Shown here: positions 56,764 through 64,000 of the stretch, one piece after another
How positions within the stretch are numbered: position 1 is the first letter of the stretch
How the letters are laid out: each line of letters begins with the position of its first letter
IMG/VR virus record: IMGVR_UViG_3300025687_000041
Strand: one strand, 5' to 3'
Length of the DNA stretch: 64,000 nt
From: an uncultured virus (IMG/VR IMGVR_UViG_3300025687_000041)
Lineage: Duplodnaviria > Heunggongvirae > Uroviricota > Caudoviricetes
The notes under the pieces: generated by a model
The model's input: only the letters and a program-made list of their open reading frames with translations
Told to the model about the DNA's origin: nothing
Database searches by the model: none
Program-made: the position numbers and the translations under genes

Positions 56764-57718
56764 TTTGGGCCTCCAATTTCTTAAGTTCAATAGCGTACTG
56801 TTCAGGGGTTAATCCCAACTTCTTTGCTAACGCAATCTGGCTGGTTCTCAGTCTAATCTTATTAGACGCCGTACTGCGTATCGCTGGGGCTACCACTGTT
56901 CCCGCTCTTGTCCGGGGAGCTTCAGTTTTCGCCGTTGACTCCGGCTCCTCGGTATGAAAATACTCGGGGAACCGTTTGCGAATTGTTTTGTCCAAAATCG
57001 CATAATACTCGTCGGATCCAATTGCAACCTCCCCGCCTTTCCTAAGCTTCTCATGGACGCCTAGAGCGGCTGCGGTCATCTCATCGTCAGGGCCGTACCA
57101 CGGATTGCGCTCTTGCCACGCAAGTAGCCGGGAATCGTGCTGCTGAGGCTTCGGTTGCTCATAGACCGGATTTGGTTGTTGTACAGGATAATCTTCTTCC
57201 TGTAAAGGGGGCATTTTAAAATTTTGTGCCTGCATTAGCCTGAAATTAGCTACCTGCATGGCTTGCTGGGCTTCTACCAACTTATCAGAATCCCCATTAT
57301 CGTAGGCATCTTTATAAGCGCGTTTGGCCTGTTCCATCTCTAACGCGGCAGCGTTTTGCAAAACCGCAGCGTATTCCTTGCCACCAGTATCCAATACGGA
57401 CTTAATACGCTTGTTCTCTTCCAAGAGCTTTTGGGCAATCCGAATCGCCTCTTGCTGCTCCCGAAACGCCTCTTCCTTGGCTCGACGCTCATCGTGCCAA
57501 ACTTTGCGCATCTGTTTTAGACGGGCCTTTACCTCGCCGTCATACTTCTCAAGATCGTCCTTCTCCAACTCCTCGACCAGAGGCTTGGGCATCGGGTCAC
57601 GGCCACGGTCTTCTGGCGGCGTATCGTCCTCAATTTCAATTGAAATTTCGTTGGATGTATCTTCTACAGCTTCAGATTCATCCGGAAATTTAAACTCCTG
57701 CTGTTCCATTTCAGGCAT
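56756..57718 (-). CDS. Putative scaffolding protein
   Basis: Acidic coiled coil, W...NPW, AKKLGLTPEQYA; lies between portal and capsid. Confidence 0.7.
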   Translation of the reverse strand: MPEMEQQEFKFPDESEAVEDTSNEISIEIEDDTPPEDRGRDPMPKPLVEELEKDDLEKYDGEVKARLKQMRKVWHDERRAKEEAFREQQEAIRIAQKLLEENKRIKSVLDTGGKEYAAVLQNAAALEMEQAKRAYKDAYDNGDSDKLVEAQQAMQVANFRLMQAQNFKMPPLQEEDYPVQQPNPVYEQPKPQQHDSRLLAWQERNPWYGPDDEMTAAALGVHEKLRKGGEVAIGSDEYYAILDKTIRKRFPEYFHTEEPESTAKTEAPRTRAGTVVAPAIRSTASNKIRLRTSQIALAKKLGLTPEQYAIELKKLEAQNG

Positions 57719-57730
57719 CTTGTCCTCCTG

Positions 57731-58147
57731 TTATTTACGTTTAATTCCACGCGGGTCGTCAACAACACCCTCCACGGAGTCATCATTAATAAGGCGAAAC
57801 TCTCGACCATGAATCAGCAGTCGGGTACCTGCATTTGGACGAACCAGAACAAAATCTCCCTGCTTACACCAAGGGCCAGACGGAAACCGGCTTACGTCCT
57901 TGTAACAGTCAGGGCCAAGATCAACGACAAACAGCACGGTAGTAAGCAACTCATCAAATTGGACGGTTGTATCCGCCTTTAGGATGCCGTTGTCGTACTC
58001 CTTTTCCACCTCCGGAATGGCGCACAAGATTCTGTAGCCAGACGGTCGTGGAAGCTGCTTCGCTTTTTCGGCGCTTGTAGCCTCAAGATTAAATGTGCCT
58101 ATCACTTGGGGCTTATCGGGGTTTGAGCCGATAAGGATTTCAGTCAT
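57731..58147 (-). CDS. groES: GroES-like co-chaperonin
   Basis: P.GYRIL...GI...GP..Y...GD.V....AG...G.EFRLINDD.V.GVV. Confidence 0.8.
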   Translation of the reverse strand: MTEILIGSNPDKPQVIGTFNLEATSAEKAKQLPRPSGYRILCAIPEVEKEYDNGILKADTTVQFDELLTTVLFVVDLGPDCYKDVSRFPSGPWCKQGDFVLVRPNAGTRLLIHGREFRLINDDSVEGVVDDPRGIKRK

Positions 58148-58328
58148 CGGATTCCTCCAAAGTTTGTTTCAGGTCTAGTACATTGCCTCTTGCGGTTAGC
58201 AGACCCCGAATCTCACCGCAAATTTTTTTGTATTCCTCAAAGTTCTCGACGCGCCCCTCGGCCAAATACTCCTTGAGGCTCTCAACTTTCTCGTCAAGCT
58301 GTTTTATCAAGACTTCTAACGCGGTCAT
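58140..58328 (-). CDS. Small conserved protein
   Basis: EEY...CG.I.GL motif; lies between portal and GroES. Confidence 0.65.
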   Translation of the reverse strand: MTALEVLIKQLDEKVESLKEYLAEGRVENFEEYKKICGEIRGLLTARGNVLDLKQTLEESDD

Positions 58329-60889
58329 TGTTTGGCTCTTCCTTTATTGATCTCCCGTGCATTAGCCTGTGCTGACAACTGTTTCAGCACATCCACGCTT
58401 GCTTGGGCCATCAATTTCTCGCGGTCATCACGCATTTTTGCCGCCATCGTCATGTTCTGATTCTTGCGGTTATTCTCGGCCTCCAACATGTCCACAGTGA
58501 CCTTGGCCCGCTCAATTTGCTGCTGTGACGCCAGCCGCTCACGCTCGATCTGCGCTTGGGACGCGATCCGCGCTTGCTCAGTCTGAAGCTGCTGCGCCCG
58601 CAGTTGCGCATCCATCTGGTCTTTCTGCGCCTTGCGCTGCTGCTCCTGAGCCTTAAGCTGCAACTCCTGCATCTGCATCTGAATGATCGGATCTTGTGCC
58701 TGTTGCTGTGCTTGCTGCTGTGCTGCCTGCGCTTGGTTCTGCTGCAACAACCTTTGAGCCGCCTGCGCCAGCATCGGCGTCAACCGCGCTTCGACCTCGG
58801 GGTTCATTGGGGTTTCTTCGCCACTCTCATCATGTTGCGGCGGCAGGTTAAAGCCAAGCTGAAGCTCGATTTGTTTCCTGTACTCAAACCCAAGATGCTC
58901 ATTGATATGAGCCATCATTGCCGCCCCCATCTGCTGCGCCATGGGGTTATCCTGTAGCAAAGACTGAATCTTGGGGTCTTGCATGGCCGACATATGCACC
59001 ATGATGTGCGCTTGGTGATCCTGATACCCAAACGCTTTGACCGGCTTCATCATTAAGACATTCTGGTTCTCAGAAACCGGGTCCATCGGTTTCATGTCGT
59101 CTTCCATCGGCACAAGCTTTTGTGCGTCTTTAATCCCCAACACCTCTAGCATCTGCCTATGCAGCAGCGGCATGTTGTACAGATTCGGGGATGCTTGAGC
59201 TAATTGGAACACTGCCTGATACTGGACGATCTTCTGCGCCATGGTGCTGGCGTTCGGATCAGACACCGGGATTACATCAATATTGTCGTAGTCCGACCGC
59301 TTGGCGCGGCGTGAGCCTTCTTCTGGCTCGTAGCTGTAGTCCTCCGGGGTGTATGCAGCGATGATCCCCTTGAGCAGCCCCAACTCCTGCTTCATGGAAT
59401 AGTGCACCCGCGCCTGAACCGCGCTCATGGTCTTGAGGGTGCGCTCCAGAATTGCCAGCGTGGTGCCAACCGGAGCCTGCGAGGACATGTCGCTAATCTG
59501 CAAATCGGCTGTATTTGCGAACCGCCTGCCTTCTTCAACAATCGTATTGAACAACTGATAAAGAGTTTGGCTAGGTTCTTTATAAGGAAGCGGTAACAAG
59601 TTGTCCCTAATTGCTCCGCTTGGAACGTCTACATCCCTCCACTCCCCCGGAGAAATGGGGGTGTCATCTCCTTTAACGCGAAGCCCACGGGCTTTGAATC
59701 CACCCGGCAAATTGGACAGAGTGCCTGCGTCCACCAACTGACGGATCAGCGATGTGCCGCTCTTGGCAAATGCCCCCACCAAATGGATCAGGCCAAAGTA
59801 ATAGAACCCAAACCCCGGAACATAGCCGTAATGGACAAAGTGCTGGCGCTTTTGATGCGTATCGTCATCCGGCTCCCAGTTACGGCGAATAGACAATACA
59901 AGGCCAGACCCCTTTTCCACCGTCACCACATAGGGAAGCGCAATCCCTGTCTTATGGCCGTCTTTGTCTTTGTGCTCAAACCCCGGAAGGTCAAGCTCAA
60001 CATTCATCTCTAACAGCTTATAGCGGTGGTCAGTCGTTGCCCGGAACCCAAGCTTCTCGGCAATCTTCTTCTCGACTTCATCTAGCATGTTGTCCGGAGG
60101 GCCAAGATCCACATCCCGGTAAAATCCCGCATGCTGCAACCGCATTAGCTCGTTCTCAGTCTTGCGCATCACGTGGGTTACGCGCTCCGCAGACTCCAGA
60201 TCCGACGCCCCATACGGCACCACAATGTCCTCGGCGGGGACGTACATCGCCACTTGCCGCTCCAGATGTGGGTCGTAATAGACCTTTTTGAACGCATTAC
60301 CCGACAGGCCCAGACCCCACAGCATCCGCTCATGCTCAGGGCGATACTCCTTCATTACGTCCAAAAGCTGATAATTCATGTCAGCCTGAACGCGCTGGGC
60401 CGCTTCTTTCTTCTCGGGGGTTTCTTTCCCGATAATTACAGTGCGCACTGGCCCAGCAGCGGGGAATGTCGCCAGCATTGTCTCGGCCTGAAACTTCACC
60501 AACGCCTCAGACAGCAACGGGTGGTACACCCCACACGCACCTTCCCACGGCTCGGTGCGCTCCTCAATCTTCAGACCAAGCAACTCAAGGCCATCTACGT
60601 ATGTCTGAATCCAATCCTTACGGCTGGCGACATCCTCGTCAAAATCCCCAATAAGCTCTGCGGCCATAGACTGAAGCACAGTCTCGTCCAGATGTTCGGC
60701 AAGGTTGGCGTTGAAATCTTCTCCAGAATCATCGTCTGGTTTAATCTCAATCTCCAACCCATCCATGCCAATAGTGACGCTTTCCGGGTCTTCAATCTCG
60801 ATCTCAATAACGGGCACGTCCCCCTGTTCAACCAAATCCTCATCGGTAATTCCAAGAGGGGCTTGATTCAGAGCTTTTTCGATAGCCAT
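58325..60889 (-). CDS. Portal protein (P22-like, long C-terminal helical barrel)
   Basis: About 855 aa directly after TerL; GNAFKKVY; Q-rich C-terminal helix. Confidence 0.85.
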   Translation of the reverse strand: MAIEKALNQAPLGITDEDLVEQGDVPVIEIEIEDPESVTIGMDGLEIEIKPDDDSGEDFNANLAEHLDETVLQSMAAELIGDFDEDVASRKDWIQTYVDGLELLGLKIEERTEPWEGACGVYHPLLSEALVKFQAETMLATFPAAGPVRTVIIGKETPEKKEAAQRVQADMNYQLLDVMKEYRPEHERMLWGLGLSGNAFKKVYYDPHLERQVAMYVPAEDIVVPYGASDLESAERVTHVMRKTENELMRLQHAGFYRDVDLGPPDNMLDEVEKKIAEKLGFRATTDHRYKLLEMNVELDLPGFEHKDKDGHKTGIALPYVVTVEKGSGLVLSIRRNWEPDDDTHQKRQHFVHYGYVPGFGFYYFGLIHLVGAFAKSGTSLIRQLVDAGTLSNLPGGFKARGLRVKGDDTPISPGEWRDVDVPSGAIRDNLLPLPYKEPSQTLYQLFNTIVEEGRRFANTADLQISDMSSQAPVGTTLAILERTLKTMSAVQARVHYSMKQELGLLKGIIAAYTPEDYSYEPEEGSRRAKRSDYDNIDVIPVSDPNASTMAQKIVQYQAVFQLAQASPNLYNMPLLHRQMLEVLGIKDAQKLVPMEDDMKPMDPVSENQNVLMMKPVKAFGYQDHQAHIMVHMSAMQDPKIQSLLQDNPMAQQMGAAMMAHINEHLGFEYRKQIELQLGFNLPPQHDESGEETPMNPEVEARLTPMLAQAAQRLLQQNQAQAAQQQAQQQAQDPIIQMQMQELQLKAQEQQRKAQKDQMDAQLRAQQLQTEQARIASQAQIERERLASQQQIERAKVTVDMLEAENNRKNQNMTMAAKMRDDREKLMAQASVDVLKQLSAQANAREINKGRAKQ

Positions 60890-60898
60890 GTTCAATCC

Positions 60899-62413
60899 TT
60901 AGTAGTACGGCTCCATGCGCCGTTTAAAATATATTTGCTCGTCTTCTTCGTCGAGCAGTGTGCGGATGTACCCGCCCTTTCTAAACCGCATCAGGGCCAG
61001 TGATACTGAGTCCACGTAATCGTCATGCTCACCTGCGGGGAAACTCGCAACCTCGTCAATAACTTCTTCTGCCCATGCCGTATTCGGTGCCCATACCCGT
61101 CCAGAGGCAAACAGGTCAGAGACAGAATTAAGCCTGCTAATCTTATCGTTTCCCCGTACCGGTGTGTACTCCTGCACCGGAATACCCATCGCCCGCAATT
61201 CGTAGATCAGGGGCGCTCCAGAAGCCTTTTTCTCGATAATTACCGCATCTGGAGACCACTCTTTCCACTGCTCAATGGCCTTCTTTTTCAACTCCGGGAA
61301 CTCCATTCGGTCCCGAAGCGCATTAATCAGGATGATATTAGCTTGCTCCACCCCAGAATCATCCGGCTGGTAGAACACACCCCATAAAGTACAGGCCGAA
61401 TAGTCCGCACGGTTGTTCTTCTCGAACGCCGTATCCCATGACATCAGCGTAAATTCGCAAAATGGGGGCGAATCATGCTCCCAAAGCTTCCACCACTCCC
61501 GTTTGACGATGGCAGAACTCTCAGATGTCGGGTTTTGCTGGTACTGAGCCATCCATTTGGAGTTCGGAAGCTCCTCTTTTAGAGCAATAAGCTCCTTTTT
61601 GGACCAAAACTCAGGCCACAGCGGCTCTCCGGACTCAAAAAGCGCCGGAAATTCAATAACTTCCCACTCTTCGCCGCCCCTTTGGGCAGCAGACTTCAAT
61701 ACTTGCCCGGTCAAGTCCTTCTTGGACCAGCGTGTCATCACGATCACGATAGACCCACCCGGCTGGAGACGCTGCCGGGGGCCAGATGTGTACCACTCGT
61801 AGGTCTTATCGTAGATCTCGGGGTTCACCTCAGCCAACGCGGCTTCTTGCTCGGAGTGTGGGTCGTCAATGATGAGCAGATCCGCGCCTTTACCCGTCAC
61901 GGCACCCCCAACACCGATAGCGAAATACTCACCGGAGTAGTTAGTGGCCCAGCGCCCCGCCGCTTTGGAGTCCGCTTGCAGCGCCACCTCGGGAAATAAG
62001 TCCTTATAGCGGTCGGAATCAACCAAATTACGCACCTTACGCCCGAAGCCCACAGCAAGCTCGGCGGTGTGCGAGGTCTGGATGACCTTTTTGCCCGGAT
62101 ACTTCCCAAGAAACCAAGATGGCAGCAAGTAAGAGGCAAACTCCGACTTGGTGTGGCGTGGCGGCATGTTGATAATCAGGCGCTTTGTCTTACCCTCAGC
62201 CACCCGCTCAAACGCTCGGGCCATCTTCTCGTGGTGCTTGCCGTGGATGAAGTTAGGCCAGACGTAGTTCACGTACTGCATGAAGTTTATTTTTGCCACG
62301 TCCTGCGCTTTGACGCGGCGAGCCTCGGCAATAAGCGCCCCTACCTTCTGTTGCACCGCAGCAGGCAGGTTTGGAAGAGCCGCCTGAGCCTTACGTAGAA
62401 GTTCCGCGTCCAT
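60899..62413 (-). CDS. terL: Terminase large subunit
   Basis: IINMPPRHTKSE, LLIIDDP, MTRW, YQQNP, SWDTA, HDDYVD. Confidence 0.95.
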   Translation of the reverse strand: MDAELLRKAQAALPNLPAAVQQKVGALIAEARRVKAQDVAKINFMQYVNYVWPNFIHGKHHEKMARAFERVAEGKTKRLIINMPPRHTKSEFASYLLPSWFLGKYPGKKVIQTSHTAELAVGFGRKVRNLVDSDRYKDLFPEVALQADSKAAGRWATNYSGEYFAIGVGGAVTGKGADLLIIDDPHSEQEAALAEVNPEIYDKTYEWYTSGPRQRLQPGGSIVIVMTRWSKKDLTGQVLKSAAQRGGEEWEVIEFPALFESGEPLWPEFWSKKELIALKEELPNSKWMAQYQQNPTSESSAIVKREWWKLWEHDSPPFCEFTLMSWDTAFEKNNRADYSACTLWGVFYQPDDSGVEQANIILINALRDRMEFPELKKKAIEQWKEWSPDAVIIEKKASGAPLIYELRAMGIPVQEYTPVRGNDKISRLNSVSDLFASGRVWAPNTAWAEEVIDEVASFPAGEHDDYVDSVSLALMRFRKGGYIRTLLDEEDEQIYFKRRMEPYY

Positions 62414-62993
62414 CAGAATCCGCTTCAAATACACCCAACTCGGCGTCTAAATCAATTTCAGCAACGCTTACGGGGGCAGGCTCCTGTGGCGTTACATCCA
62501 CAACGTCCGCACCATATAGCTCAAGCGTCTTGAGTAGATCCGCCTCAATATCATGCACCGTGCGATGGGTAACATTAATATCAATACGCTCAGAGAACAG
62601 CCCGACCCCGGCGATCTTGCCAAGGTTTTCCAACGCTTTCATGCGCTGACGAGGATCGGGATCGACCGATTCGACGATCAGTTTGTTCGTGACGTAATTG
62701 CGCAGCCTACGGGATACATCCAAAACCTCTTGATCCCACTCACTTAGGATCGCTTCAAGGTTGATGATCGCACCGGGGGTTAGCGTTTTAGCAGGGGGTA
62801 GTTTGCCGGAAGTGGCAATCTGATGGGATTGAGCTTTGTCTTCGGGGGTTACTTCTACTTCGGCACCACGCTCAATTAGCTCTTGCACCGTCTCAAATAG
62901 CGCATGGGCTTTCTGACGAAAATCGTCAATCTCCTCCGGTGTCGTATCGAAGGGCAGCGGGATACCCACTTCTGGGGTAACAAGCAAAGGCAT
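62391..62993 (-). CDS. Putative terminase small subunit
   Basis: Directly upstream of TerL; KALE.LGK..GVGLF. Confidence 0.65.
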   Translation of the reverse strand: MPLLVTPEVGIPLPFDTTPEEIDDFRQKAHALFETVQELIERGAEVEVTPEDKAQSHQIATSGKLPPAKTLTPGAIINLEAILSEWDQEVLDVSRRLRNYVTNKLIVESVDPDPRQRMKALENLGKIAGVGLFSERIDINVTHRTVHDIEADLLKTLELYGADVVDVTPQEPAPVSVAEIDLDAELGVFEADSDGRGTST

Positions 62994-63029
62994 GAAGTTC
63001 CGTAGCTGTTTGTGGCTCAGATGTTTTGG

Positions 63030-63058
63030 AATGTAGTAGGTATAAATAATTTTGTCAA
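63030..63058 (-). promoter_or_regulatory. Promoter of the structural arm
   Basis: TTGACA-17-TACATT upstream of TerS. Confidence 0.7.
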
Positions 63059-63247
63059 TATGGGGGGTACGGGGTTGGCATGGTACCTAAATGATGACGG
63101 GGGGTGTTTGCTATAGATGTGCGGAAAGTTATTGGGATTGAAAGTGAAGGGGGTGGGGGGTCTTTTTAAAAGTTGTGATCTAACGTGCAAATTACTAAGG
63201 CAAGGCAAGCGTGGGTCCCATCTAGCCAATCTTGGGGGGTGGGGGTC

Positions 63248-63278
<31 letters not shown>

Positions 63279-63388
63279 CGGAACCGAATTTATTAACATG
63301 CTGATAATACTTTGCATAATCCTAAAAACGTGTATAATTTTAATCGTGGTCAATTGATCACAACAACACAACTTTATAGGTGATTCAC

Positions 63389-63901
63389 ATGCAAAACGAA
63401 CTCTACTCAAACGCAACCCGGTCCACTATTGACGCAATCAAGTCGGACGCAAAAACCGCTAACCAATGGAAAACCGCCGGAGCCAAAGTCGCAGAATGCT
63501 TCGAGACTGAATCGGCATTAACGGAAGCAAAGGCGCAGTTCATTGCCGATGCGATTCTGCCGGCATTGGACAGGAAGCATGCCGCAGCACTCATTAAGGA
63601 ACTACCGCGCAAGGGGTCGAAGGAATATAACGCGCTGGACCAATCCGGGCGCGATACTTGGGAAGCGGCAAACCAGGCAAAGAAGGATGCACGTGCGATT
63701 GCGCACACCTATTTTGCGCGGCTAGTGTCCTATGCTTTCCCGAAGGAAAAAACCGAAGCCGCGCCCCGTGAATTGAAAACCCGCGTGTGCGAGGAACTAA
63801 TTTCTTTGATCAAAGCATGCCAAAAATCCGAAGATGCGTTTGACGGAATCGTGGAATGCATTGCGCACATGGAAAAGGCGCTCGCAATCGCCAGCAAATA
63901 A
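63389..63901 (+). CDS. Hypothetical early protein
   Basis: AGGTG RBS; TATAAT at 63333; flanked by two palindrome copies. Confidence 0.75.
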   Translation: MQNELYSNATRSTIDAIKSDAKTANQWKTAGAKVAECFETESALTEAKAQFIADAILPALDRKHAAALIKELPRKGSKEYNALDQSGRDTWEAANQAKKDARAIAHTYFARLVSYAFPKEKTEAAPRELKTRVCEELISLIKACQKSEDAFDGIVECIAHMEKALAIASK

Positions 63902-63944
63902 TTAACATGTGATAATAAATCAGGGCGAAAGCCCTGAACCTACC

Positions 63945-63970
63945 AGCCCGCCTTGCGCGGGCTTTTTTAT
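63945..63970 (+). terminator. Rho-independent terminator, duplicated at 63977-64000
   Basis: AGCCCGC-CTTGC-GCGGGCT followed by a T run. Confidence 0.8.
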
Positions 63971-64000
63971 TGCCCGCTACCAGCCCGCCTTGCGCGGGCT

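Noticed and set aside
20235..62747. Many + strand ORFs opposite structural genes (for example 60173-61003)
   Set aside because: They are antisense shadows of long, recognisable minus-strand genes with no independent motifs.

Overview
The window is a near-complete (or complete) genome of a tailed dsDNA phage with podovirus-like gene order. The host cannot be read from the sequence. The + strand arm (about 0.7-20.2 kb, plus 63.4-64 kb) holds early and replication genes: an AAA ATPase/vWA-metallopeptidase cluster, VRR-NUC, a sigma70 region-4 protein, family A DNA polymerase, Cas4-like exonuclease, SNF2 helicase, an Acb2-like anti-CBASS protein, putative SSB and a primase-helicase. The - strand arm (62993 to 20250) holds terminase, portal, GroES, scaffold, Mu gpT-like capsid, an array of small tagged basic proteins, a GIY-YIG homing endonuclease, modular tail fibres, lysis genes, ejection proteins and a 2387-aa polyvalent protein. 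I recognised no integrase, tRNA or CRISPR array. The most notable unannotated signal is a ~60-nt promoter-and-terminator-bounded candidate small RNA at the junction of the two arms (about 20190-20250). Its 5' end is the exact complement of an extended ribosome-binding motif (AAGGAGAGTGCA) shared by many early genes, including the Acb2 homolog. A second signal is a 16-bp palindrome (ATTAACA-NN-TGTTAAT) that I found 12 times, all in the early region. All family assignments are from recognising motifs by eye; no database searches were run.
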